A stretch of DNA of 64,000 nt from Betaproteobacteria bacterium (lineage in GTDB: Bacteria; Pseudomonadota; Gammaproteobacteria; Burkholderiales; SG8-41). The notes under the pieces are model-generated. The model was not told the origin of the DNA. It saw only the letters and a program-made list of their open reading frames with translations, and did no database searches. Below are positions 9,917 to 18,756 of this stretch, piece after piece (position 1 is the first letter of the stretch; the number at the start of each line of letters is the position of its first letter). Position numbers and translations under genes: made by a program. The DNA lies in NCBI GenBank assembly GCA_947474275.1, contig CANJHY010000001.1, positions 274-64,273 of the forward strand, read 5' to 3'.

Positions 9917-12310
9917 ATGAGTAGCGTACTTGAAACCAAGCCGGTCGCGCAGGACAACCTGGCGGAGAAGCTGAATTTCTCCAAGGCCCTGCAATCGGTC
10001 ACCAATCGCATCCACGCCACCAGCAACATAGACGAAATCATGCTGGAGTTGAGCCAGGACATCTGCGGCCTCTTCAACGCCGACCGGCTCACGCTCTATC
10101 TGATGAGCGAAGACAAAACATCCATCGTCTCGAAGGTCAAGACCGGGCTTAACTCGTTCAAGGACCTGAAGTTGCCGATCGCAGAGCAAAGTATCGCCGG
10201 CTTTGTCGCGGTGCATAAGAAGATGATCAACATCCGCGACGTCTACGACGAAAAGGAACTCAAGGCCTACAGCCCGCAGCTGAATTTCCTGAAGCAGGTG
10301 GACGTCAAGACCGGCTATCGCACCAAGCAGATGCTGGCCGCGCCGGTCATAGACGCGCAAACCAAGGAATTGATCGGCGTTATGCAGATCATCAATTCCA
10401 AGAGCGGGCAGCCGTTCCCGGCGGTCATGGAAGAAGGCGCGACGCACGTTGCGGAAACCCTGGCTATCGCGTTTCGCCAGCGCCAGAAGCCCGTTGCCGG
10501 GGTCAAGGGCAAGTACGATCACCTGGTGTCGAACGCGGTCATCTCGGCCGAGGAGCTGGAGCTGGCGACGCGCTCGGCACGCCGCAAGAATCTCGACGTC
10601 GAAACCGTGCTGATCGATGAATTTCAGGTCAAGCTGGACAAAATCGGCGAGGCGCTGGCGGCTTATTTCGACGTGCCTTACGAGCCGCACAAGGCGGACC
10701 GCGTGAAGCCGATGGACCTCATGAAAAACATGAGCCGGGAATTCGTCGAAAGCAGCCTGTGGATACCGATCGACGAAACGAAAGACGGCATCATGATATT
10801 GACGACCGACCCGGAAAAAATCCGCGGCTCGAGGGTTGTCAACAACGTTTATCCGAAAAGCAAGATCGTCTACCGCGTTTGCTGTGCGCGCGAATTCGTC
10901 GCGACGCTCGATCTCTTTTTTGGCGGCAGCGGCGGGTCGGCGGGTGTTGGCAACGTCGATGACGGCACCGATATCGGCGATTTGTTGTCCGGTCTCGAAA
11001 ATGAAGAGACGCTTGAGGACAATAACGAAGACGTCGCGTCGGCGGCGTCGGACAACGAGGTCGTCAAGCTCGTCAACAAGATTATCGTCGACGCCTACAA
11101 GCAGGGCGCGTCCGATATACATATCGAGCCCTATCCCGGCAAGGGCAAGACCGAGATCCGCTTCCGCAAGGACGGCTCGCTGATGAATTACATTTCGGTG
11201 CCGGCCGCCTATCGAAACGCCATCGCCGCGCGCCTGAAAATCATGTGCGACCTCGATATTTCCGAGCGCCGCAAACCGCAGGACGGCAAGATCAAATTCA
11301 AGAAGTACGGTCCGCTCGACATCGAACTGCGGGTGGCGACCATCCCGTCCGCCGGCGGCGTCGAAGACATCGTGATGCGGATACTTGCCGCTGGCGAGCC
11401 GATTCCGCTCGACAAGCTCGGGTTGTCCAATTACAACCTGGTCAAGTGTAAAGAGGCAATTGAAAAGCCCTACGGCCTCTTTTTCGTGTGCGGCCCGACC
11501 GGTTCAGGAAAAACCACGACGCTGCACTCGGTGCTCGGCTATCTGAACACGCCTGAGACCAAGATCTGGACCGCCGAAGACCCGGTTGAAATTACGCAGC
11601 GCGGGTTGCGCCAGGTGCAGATGAATCCCAAGGCCGGGCTGACGTTTGCGATCGCGATGAAAGCGTTTTTGCGGGCTGACCCGGACATCATCATGGTCGG
11701 TGAAATGCGCGACAAGGAAACGGTCGGCACTGGTATCGAAGCATCACTCACCGGTCACTTGGTGTTCGCCACCCTGCACACCAATTCGGCGCCGGAATCA
11801 ATCATCCGCCTGCTCGATATGGGCATGGACCCGTTTAACTTCGCCGATGCGCTGCTCGGCATTCTCGCGCAGCGTCTCGCCAAGCGGTTGTGCGGAAAAT
11901 GCAAGAAGCCATACGTGCCGTCGGCCGAAGAACTCAAGCTGTTCGTCGAAGAGTATTCCGGCGAATTGATGAATACCGAAGCGTGGAAGAAGGACCCCAA
12001 GGGCGAACGGGAAAAACTTATCCAGATGTGGACCAAGGACTTCGGCAACGATAAAGGCGAGATCCAGTTTCACAAGGCGGTCGGCTGCGAGACGTGCGGT
12101 GGCGGCGGTTACAAAGGCCGGGTCGGTTTGCACGAGCTTCTGATCGGCACCGACCCCGTAAAGAAACTCATTCAGGAGCACGCGCGGGTGGCCGATTTGT
12201 TCGCCTGCGCGCTTGGCGAAGGCATGCGCACCCTGAAGCAGGACGGCATGGAAAAAGTCCTGCTGGGGATGACCGATATGGCGCAGGTGCGCGCCGTCTG
12301 TATCAAGTAA
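9917..12310 (+). CDS. GspE/PilB-family secretion ATPase with an N-terminal GAF domain
   Basis: ATG 9917 after GAGAGG. GAF block FLKQVDVKTGYRTKQMLAAPV...IGVMQIINSK, then a T2SSE_N-like region. Walker A CGPTGSGKTTTL, Walker B DIIMVGEMRD, His box GHLVFATLHTN, and tetracysteine CGKC...CETCGGGGYKGR. Confidence 0.9.
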   Translation: MSSVLETKPVAQDNLAEKLNFSKALQSVTNRIHATSNIDEIMLELSQDICGLFNADRLTLYLMSEDKTSIVSKVKTGLNSFKDLKLPIAEQSIAGFVAVHKKMINIRDVYDEKELKAYSPQLNFLKQVDVKTGYRTKQMLAAPVIDAQTKELIGVMQIINSKSGQPFPAVMEEGATHVAETLAIAFRQRQKPVAGVKGKYDHLVSNAVISAEELELATRSARRKNLDVETVLIDEFQVKLDKIGEALAAYFDVPYEPHKADRVKPMDLMKNMSREFVESSLWIPIDETKDGIMILTTDPEKIRGSRVVNNVYPKSKIVYRVCCAREFVATLDLFFGGSGGSAGVGNVDDGTDIGDLLSGLENEETLEDNNEDVASAASDNEVVKLVNKIIVDAYKQGASDIHIEPYPGKGKTEIRFRKDGSLMNYISVPAAYRNAIAARLKIMCDLDISERRKPQDGKIKFKKYGPLDIELRVATIPSAGGVEDIVMRILAAGEPIPLDKLGLSNYNLVKCKEAIEKPYGLFFVCGPTGSGKTTTLHSVLGYLNTPETKIWTAEDPVEITQRGLRQVQMNPKAGLTFAIAMKAFLRADPDIIMVGEMRDKETVGTGIEASLTGHLVFATLHTNSAPESIIRLLDMGMDPFNFADALLGILAQRLAKRLCGKCKKPYVPSAEELKLFVEEYSGELMNTEAWKKDPKGEREKLIQMWTKDFGNDKGEIQFHKAVGCETCGGGGYKGRVGLHELLIGTDPVKKLIQEHARVADLFACALGEGMRTLKQDGMEKVLLGMTDMAQVRAVCIK

Positions 12311-12320
12311 AGACTGCGCC

Positions 12321-13979
12321 ATGAACCAGATGCAGCACCCCCGGGATTCCGCCCATCTGTTCGAGCGTCTGGAGCAGCTCAATCAGGTCGGCGTCGCGCT
12401 GTCCAAGGAAACCGACATCAACCGGTTGCTGGAAGCGATCCTGCTGGCGGCGAAGAAAATCACCAATGCCGACGGGGGAACCCTCTACCGCGTAATCGAC
12501 GACCGCACGCTTAAATTCGAGATCATGCGCAACGATACGCTCAAGATCGCGATGGGGGGCACCACCGGGGCCGACATTCCCTTCCCGCCCATCAACCTGT
12601 TCGACCAGGACGGCAAGCCGGTGAATACGATGGTCGTCGCGCACGCGTTTCATCACGACACCTCGGTCAACATCGCCGACGCCTATATCGAGGAAGGCTT
12701 CGACTTTTCGGGCACCAAGACCTTCGACCAGAAGACCGGCTACCGTTCACAGTCGTTCCTCACGGTGCCGATGAAGAACCATGAGAACGAGATCATCGGC
12801 GTGCTGCAGCTGCTGAACGCCAAGAGCCAGGCGACCGGCGCGGTAAGCCCGTTCTCGTCGGAGGACCAGCAGCTCGCCGAGTCGCTGGCCTCGCAGGCGG
12901 CAATCGCGCTGACCAACCGGCTGCTGATCAACCACCTCGAAAACCTGTTCGAGTCTTTCATCAACCTCATCAACGCCGCGATCGACGACAAGTCGCCCTA
13001 CACCGCCGGCCATTGCGAACGCGTGCCTCAGCTGACGATGCTGCTGGCGGAGGCCGTCAACAATTGCGCGGTCGGGCCGCTGAAGAATTTCAGCATGAAC
13101 GACAAGGACCGCTACGAACTGAAGATCGCGGGCCTGCTGCACGATTGCGGCAAGGTGACCACGCCGGTGCACGTGGTCGACAAGGCGACCAAATTGCACA
13201 CGATATTCGACCGCATCGCCCTCGTCGATACGCGGTTCGAGGTGATCAGACGCGACGCGGAAATCGCGCTGTTGAAGACCAAACTGGCAGCGCTGGAGAA
13301 AAAAGACAAGCAGGCGGTGGACGCCGCCGAGCATGAATTCAAGCTGCAGATGCGCCGCATCGACGAGGACCGCGAATTCCTGCGTTTCTGCAATGTCGGC
13401 GGCGAGTTCATGAAACCGGAGGACCTGGAGCGGGTAAAACAGACCTCGGGCAAGTACCGGTGGCGCGACGTCGAAGGCAGCGACGCTGATTTTCTGACGG
13501 CGGACGAAGTCGAAAATCTGACCATCCGCGCCGGCACGTTGACCGCGGCCGAGCGCCAGATCATCAACCATCACATCGACGTCACTATCCAGATGCTGGA
13601 AGCACTGCCGTGGCCCAAGCACCTTAAGAACGTGCCCGAATACGCCGGCGGCCACCACGAGCGCATGGATGGCAAGGGCTATCCGCGCGGACTCACGCGC
13701 GACCAGATGTCGGTGCAGGCGCGCTGCATGGGCATCGCCGATATCTTCGAGGCGCTGACCGCCAGGGACCGGCCCTATAAAAAAGGCAAGACCCTGTCGG
13801 AATCACTGTCCATTCTGGGCAAGTTCAAGCTGGGCGGCCACATCGATCCCGACCTGTTTGACATATTCATGTGGGAAAAGGTCTATCTCAAGTACGCCGA
13901 GCAGTGCATGGACAAGGAACAGGTCGATGACGTCGATCTTGCCCAGGTTCCAGGCTACGTGCCGCCGCCGGCGGCGTAA
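12321..13979 (+). CDS. GAF domain-containing HD-GYP phosphohydrolase (putative c-di-GMP phosphodiesterase)
   Basis: GAF block DQKTGYRSQSFLTVPMKNHENEIIGVLQLLNAK. HD motif LLHDCGK and HHERMDGKGYPRGL (GYP). Confidence 0.85.
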   Translation: MNQMQHPRDSAHLFERLEQLNQVGVALSKETDINRLLEAILLAAKKITNADGGTLYRVIDDRTLKFEIMRNDTLKIAMGGTTGADIPFPPINLFDQDGKPVNTMVVAHAFHHDTSVNIADAYIEEGFDFSGTKTFDQKTGYRSQSFLTVPMKNHENEIIGVLQLLNAKSQATGAVSPFSSEDQQLAESLASQAAIALTNRLLINHLENLFESFINLINAAIDDKSPYTAGHCERVPQLTMLLAEAVNNCAVGPLKNFSMNDKDRYELKIAGLLHDCGKVTTPVHVVDKATKLHTIFDRIALVDTRFEVIRRDAEIALLKTKLAALEKKDKQAVDAAEHEFKLQMRRIDEDREFLRFCNVGGEFMKPEDLERVKQTSGKYRWRDVEGSDADFLTADEVENLTIRAGTLTAAERQIINHHIDVTIQMLEALPWPKHLKNVPEYAGGHHERMDGKGYPRGLTRDQMSVQARCMGIADIFEALTARDRPYKKGKTLSESLSILGKFKLGGHIDPDLFDIFMWEKVYLKYAEQCMDKEQVDDVDLAQVPGYVPPPAA

Positions 13980-14107
13980 CCGTTCTTATTTCCGCGTCAT
14001 CGCGACCCCTGTAGGGTGCCTTAGAGTAGCGGTAGTCGTGCCGGTCGCCGGCACGTCTGCGCGGTCGCATCCCCGTAAACGGGGCCCCTGCTCTGCGCTC
14101 CGATTTC

Positions 14108-14422
14108 CTACTTCCTCGTAATATAGACGACGAGCCCTTCGGTGGCGACTTCGATGAATTTTTCGCTGTAGCCCATTTCCTGCAATTCCCAGCGAAACGT
14201 ATTACCGAGGCGGGCTTTTTTGTAGACGCCGAGTTTGTGCTGCTGCCTGAAATCTATGGCGCGCTTGAACGTGTCCTCGAGGATCGTCACCAGTCGCTTC
14301 TGCGAAATCTTCCGTTCCTTGCCTTTATCGAGCGCCGGTGGATAACGCTTGGCGAGATCCTGCGCCAAACCTGTGGCAAACGAATCCACATCCTTGCTCG
14401 AAACCGTGCCGAACAATGCCAT
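14108..14422 (-). CDS. hypothetical small protein (104 aa)
   Basis: Clean ORF with non-GC-skewed, Lys-rich composition, at the end of the minus-strand arm. No family recognised. Confidence 0.5.
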   Translation of the reverse strand: MALFGTVSSKDVDSFATGLAQDLAKRYPPALDKGKERKISQKRLVTILEDTFKRAIDFRQQHKLGVYKKARLGNTFRWELQEMGYSEKFIEVATEGLVVYITRK

Positions 14423-14448
14423 GATCTTGCTCCGGTAAAATAAAGCCG

Positions 14449-15243
14449 TTAATTCGAATTTTTGCCAAACAAACGTTTCAGCATCTTAAGGCCGAAACCC
14501 GGTCCGGGTTGTCGCGACTGGCCTTTGGGCTCAAACACTCGAACGTCGTAGAGCAGTATATCGCGTAGCACGTCGGCGTCGCCAATCGGCTCGACGCCGT
14601 GAAACGAGTGATCGTTCTTGATAAAAGCGAACAGCGAATTCGGCCGGTATTCCATGGTTCTGACTTTATGGAAGAGCTTGTGCGGGTAATGTGGGCCGCC
14701 CCGGCAGCTAAACGCCGCATCGCGCGGCACGTAAATCGAGGTGCCGAGATGCTTCAGCGAATCATCATCGGGGCAATAGAACAGCATCGATAGCAGGCGG
14801 TGCGGTGCGTCCGTATGCGGACCTATGCTGAAGTTGGTCAGATCGCGCACGATCAGGGAATCCGCTTCAAAACCGCACTTGTAAATTTCATCGCCGAACC
14901 GTTCTTTGACGTAGGGTTCAAACTTGTCGATCATCGCGGTCAGAAATCTCTGCGTAATCAGCCAGCCTGAAAATTCGGTCCAGAACAGGCGGCGGGACTC
15001 ATCCAGCTTGTTGATCTCCGCTGGCGTGAACGGCATGACAAAGCGCTCGAGATACGCGCCTTTGGGAACCCGCCCGGTGTCGGCGAGGCTGGTCAGCGCC
15101 GAAGCGCCCGGCCAGTTGGCGCGCATTGCCGCGTAAAAATCGTCCGGAAATACGTTCTCGACGTAAATATGCGCGTACGGATACTCGCGGATCGGCGCGT
15201 TGGCGATCTGGTACAACACGTGTTCTTCAACGGAGGAAGACAT
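14449..15243 (-). CDS. 2OG-Fe(II) oxygenase-like protein
   Basis: YPYAHIYVENVFPDDFY opening, typical of 2OG-FeII_Oxy_5-type proteins. A possible HxD...H triad (GPHTDAP ... HSFHGVEP). Confidence 0.5.
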   Translation of the reverse strand: MSSSVEEHVLYQIANAPIREYPYAHIYVENVFPDDFYAAMRANWPGASALTSLADTGRVPKGAYLERFVMPFTPAEINKLDESRRLFWTEFSGWLITQRFLTAMIDKFEPYVKERFGDEIYKCGFEADSLIVRDLTNFSIGPHTDAPHRLLSMLFYCPDDDSLKHLGTSIYVPRDAAFSCRGGPHYPHKLFHKVRTMEYRPNSLFAFIKNDHSFHGVEPIGDADVLRDILLYDVRVFEPKGQSRQPGPGFGLKMLKRLFGKNSN

Positions 15244-16114
15244 AGTTCCCGACGCCCTTGAATGCGCCTTCAGTGCGTTGCGCCTGCGCCACCTGCTGCT
15301 CGGAATAACCGAACCCGAGCGACTTCATGTCGGCGATGATCTTGCGGTGTTGTTCCAGGTTGGTGTTGATTTCCACCAGCACCGATTTCAGGCGCGGGTC
15401 GGCGAGCACGCCACGGCAGCCGTCGAGCACCTTGTGCTCGAGTCCGTCGACGTCGATCTTGATGTGGTTGGGCGCCGGCACCACGCCTTTGTCCACCAGC
15501 AGGTCGAGGGTGGTCGAGACGCAGCCTTGCGACAGCAGGGTGTCGCGATGTTCCAGCCGGTGGTCGACCTTTTCGCCGAACGAGTGGCACGAACCGCCGA
15601 TCTGGAACTGGCTCAGATGCAGCAGCGAATAGCTGGCGGAATCGCTCAGCGCGAGGCAATAGGCGGTGACGTATTCCATCAAACCGTTGAGCACGATGTT
15701 GCGGCAAAGCAGCGCGTAGTTTTGCGACTCCGGCTCGAACGCAAACGTGCGTACCCCGCGTGTTTTGGCCGCCCATATCGTGTACATACCGACGTTGGCA
15801 CCGATGTCGACGAAAACTTCGTCCGCCTGGAATCCCCTGATCCATTCGATGGTGTCGGGTTCCTTGGTAAACAGCGAATCGACGCGCCACTTGGTGAATA
15901 CGTTGGGAGTCGCGTACGCCACCTCGGTGGTGCCGTCATTGACGGTCTGGTGCGGCTCCAGCATTTCGTATTGCTCGAGCGAAATCTGCGGCGCCAGCGG
16001 TGCCGTTTGGGCACCGGCGGAACGCCGCAAGTTGTGTAAAGGCCACAGCAGTACGCGAAAGACATTCATGGGTAAATTGTGACGGGGAACGGCATTGTGA
16101 ACGAGCGCGGTCAT
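15227..16114 (-). CDS. FkbM-family SAM-dependent methyltransferase
   Basis: VFVDIGANVGMYTIWAA...FAFEPESQNYALLCRNI and HIKIDVDGLEHKVL. The start is uncertain (16114 or ATG at 16069). It overlaps the downstream gene by 17 nt. Confidence 0.75.
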   Translation of the reverse strand: MTALVHNAVPRHNLPMNVFRVLLWPLHNLRRSAGAQTAPLAPQISLEQYEMLEPHQTVNDGTTEVAYATPNVFTKWRVDSLFTKEPDTIEWIRGFQADEVFVDIGANVGMYTIWAAKTRGVRTFAFEPESQNYALLCRNIVLNGLMEYVTAYCLALSDSASYSLLHLSQFQIGGSCHSFGEKVDHRLEHRDTLLSQGCVSTTLDLLVDKGVVPAPNHIKIDVDGLEHKVLDGCRGVLADPRLKSVLVEINTNLEQHRKIIADMKSLGFGYSEQQVAQAQRTEGAFKGVGNYVFLR

Positions 16115-16236
16115 AATGCCGGCGGACGCCTGCCCGTGACGAGTTTTCTTTAAAAAAGAAACGCTTACATTATCAAGCTGGAGGGATTACCGCGTCAATA
16201 GCGCGGCGGTTGCTGTAGTATGCAGAAGCAAGCCCC

Positions 16237-18003
16237 ATGCTACCCGCCGCCAACGTGATGCTGACCAATTTAATTTCGCGCCTGTTTTCTTCGCGCTCGC
16301 CGCGTTCGCCGGAAGCCGCGCGCGGCGCCATCGACGACTTGCTGCAGCGGGGGTATCGCAGTCAGCAGGCCGGTGAGCGCGCCGTCGCGGAAAATAACTA
16401 CCGCGACGCGCTCAAAATCGATGCGCTGCATGCCCACGCGCATTACCTGCTGGGCGCGCTGCTGGGCGAGGGTGGAAATTTCACCGACGCGGCGGCCCAT
16501 CTCGATCGGGCGCTCGCCGCGAGGCCGGATTTCGCCGCTGCCCATGCGGCACGCGGCAACGTATTTCTCATGCTAGAAGAGCGGCAGGCCGCCATTGCAA
16601 GTTACGAGCAGGCGCTGCGGCTGGACCCCGGCAACGCCGCGGCGCATTGCAATCTGGGACTGATCTGGCAGGCGGCCGGCGCGAGCGAACAGGCGTTGTT
16701 GCGATTCGAGCGTGCGTATGCGCTTGCGCCGGAAATTCCCGACCTGCTGAAAAACCTGACGTTGTCCTATATCGAGTTCGAACGCTATGAAGAAGCGCAG
16801 GCATTGCTGCAGGCAGTTTTAGCGCAGACACCAAGGCGCATCGAAACGCTCAAATGCCTTGGGCTGGTGCTGCAGAAACTGCACCGCCCGCAAGAGGCGC
16901 TGCAGCACTACCTGACCGTGCGCGCGATCGACGGCGCCGATGCCGAGCTCCTGAACAATCTCGGCATCGTGTATCAGGATCTCGGGCGGCTCGAAGAGGC
17001 GATCGCGGCTTATGACGCGGCCATCTTGCTCAAGTCTGATTTTACGCTGGCCATCTGGCACCGCTCGCTTGCTTATTTGTTGCAGCACGACTTCGCACGC
17101 GGCTGGCCGGACTACGAATTGCGGCTGCTGGGCGCCGACCGCCGGCCACGAGCTGCGGAGGGTGCGAACTGGGACGGTGGCGCGTTGGCGGGTAAAAAAT
17201 TGCTGGTCTACGCGGAGCAGGGCCTGGGCGATGAGATCATGTTCGCATCCTGCATTCCGGACGTGGTGGCCGCGGGCGCGAATTGCGTGATCGAATGCTC
17301 CCCCAAGCTTGAGAAGCTGTTCCGGCGCTCGTTTCCGCAAACCGCGGTTCGTGCAACGAACCCGGACAAGTCGCTGCCCGCCGGTGCCGGCGAGATGGAC
17401 CTCGACCTGCAAAGCTCGATCGGCAGCCTGCCGCAGTACTTGCGCCGCGCGCGCGCGGATTTCCCGCAGCACAGCGGCTATTTGCGCGCCGATCCGCAGG
17501 CGGTCGCGGCATGGCGGGAGCGTCTCGCCGCGCTTGGGCCCGGCCTCAAAGTGGGTATCTCATGGCAGGGCGGCACGCACAAATCGCGGCGCCCGGTGCG
17601 CTCCATGCCGCTTGCGCAATGGCTGCCGATCCTGCAGATGGAAGGCGCGCACTTCGTCGATCTCCAATATACCGACTGCCGCGCTGAAATTGATGAACTG
17701 CGCGCGGCCACGGGCGTCACGGTGCACAGTTGGAACGAAGTACGCGCCGACTACGAGCAGGCGGTGGCGCTGGTCACGGCCCTCGATCTTGTAATCAGCG
17801 TGTGCACCGCCGTTATTCACCTGGGCGGCGCGCTCGGCACGCCGGTATGGGTGATGGCGCCGTACAGTCCCGAGTGGCGCTATGGAATTGCCGGGCAGGA
17901 GATGCCTTGGTATCCTTCGGTGCGCGTGTTCCGGCAGTCCGTGTATGGAGAATGGGGCGCGGTTATTGATGATGTCGCGCAATCATTGCGTAAGATGGCC
18001 TGA
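16237..18003 (+). CDS. TPR-repeat protein fused to GT9-like (GT-B, heptosyltransferase-like) glycosyltransferase domain, paralog 1
   Basis: N-terminal TPR repeats. C-terminal LLVYAEQGLGDEIMFASCIPD, GYLRADP, GISWQGGT..RSMPL, DLVISVCTAVIHLGGALGTPVWV and PWYPSVRVFRQ. Confidence 0.8.
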   Translation: MLPAANVMLTNLISRLFSSRSPRSPEAARGAIDDLLQRGYRSQQAGERAVAENNYRDALKIDALHAHAHYLLGALLGEGGNFTDAAAHLDRALAARPDFAAAHAARGNVFLMLEERQAAIASYEQALRLDPGNAAAHCNLGLIWQAAGASEQALLRFERAYALAPEIPDLLKNLTLSYIEFERYEEAQALLQAVLAQTPRRIETLKCLGLVLQKLHRPQEALQHYLTVRAIDGADAELLNNLGIVYQDLGRLEEAIAAYDAAILLKSDFTLAIWHRSLAYLLQHDFARGWPDYELRLLGADRRPRAAEGANWDGGALAGKKLLVYAEQGLGDEIMFASCIPDVVAAGANCVIECSPKLEKLFRRSFPQTAVRATNPDKSLPAGAGEMDLDLQSSIGSLPQYLRRARADFPQHSGYLRADPQAVAAWRERLAALGPGLKVGISWQGGTHKSRRPVRSMPLAQWLPILQMEGAHFVDLQYTDCRAEIDELRAATGVTVHSWNEVRADYEQAVALVTALDLVISVCTAVIHLGGALGTPVWVMAPYSPEWRYGIAGQEMPWYPSVRVFRQSVYGEWGAVIDDVAQSLRKMA

Positions 18004-18038
18004 ACTTCCGGTCCGATTAACCACTACGGCAGCACTTC

Positions 18039-18716
18039 ATGATCAAAGTTTTTATCGGCTACGACTCGCGCGAGGCGGCCGCATACAGCGTGTTGGCCCA
18101 TAGCATTCATGCCAGGGCATCGGTGCCGGTGGCGGTAGTGCCGGTGATGTTGAGCGAGTTGAAAGGCGTGTTGACGCGCGAACGCCATCCGCTGCAGTCG
18201 ACCGATTTTTCGTTTTCGCGCTTTCTGACGCCCTTTCTGTCCGACTACCAGGGCTGGTCCATATTCATGGACTGCGACATGCTGGTGCTCGACGACATTG
18301 AGAAACTGTATGCGCTGCGCGACGAGCGCTATGCGGTCATGGTGGTAAAGCACGACCACGTGCCCAAAGAGACCCGCAAATTTCTCGATCAGCCGCAAAC
18401 CGCATACCAGAAGAAAAACTGGTCGAGCGTGATGCTGTTCAACAACGCGCAGTGCCGCGCGCTGACGCCCGACTACGTCAATACTGCATCGGGCCTCGAA
18501 CTCCATCAATTCAAATGGCTGGCGAACGACGAACTGATCGGTGAAATTCCGGCGCGCTGGAACCACCTCGTTGGCTACAACGCGCCGAACCGCGATGTGT
18601 CACTGGTGCATTACACCCTGGGCGGGCCGTACTTTCAGGAGTACCGCGATTGCGAGTACGCGGACGAGTGGCGGGCCGCGCGGCAGGACATGCTGAACGT
18701 CGAGCAACGCAAATGA
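18039..18716 (+). CDS. GT-A type (GT8-like) nucleotide-sugar transferase
   Basis: MIKVFIGYDSRE... with DxD (FMDCDMLVLDD). Family assignment is from memory only. Confidence 0.55.
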   Translation: MIKVFIGYDSREAAAYSVLAHSIHARASVPVAVVPVMLSELKGVLTRERHPLQSTDFSFSRFLTPFLSDYQGWSIFMDCDMLVLDDIEKLYALRDERYAVMVVKHDHVPKETRKFLDQPQTAYQKKNWSSVMLFNNAQCRALTPDYVNTASGLELHQFKWLANDELIGEIPARWNHLVGYNAPNRDVSLVHYTLGGPYFQEYRDCEYADEWRAARQDMLNVEQRK

Positions 18717-18756
18717 ACGCGCCGCGCGAACCCCGCATCGCGGCTGACCGCGTTGC

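Noticed and set aside
13980-14107. Possible small RNA or tRNA in the GC-rich spacer between convergent genes (hairpins gtgccgg-tcg-ccggcac at about 14038-14054 and ccccg-taaa-cgggg at about 14072-14085).
   Set aside because: No cloverleaf or known RNA motif is recognisable. The hairpins are adequately explained as convergent-gene terminators, and they lack clear U-tracts, so they are not listed as features.
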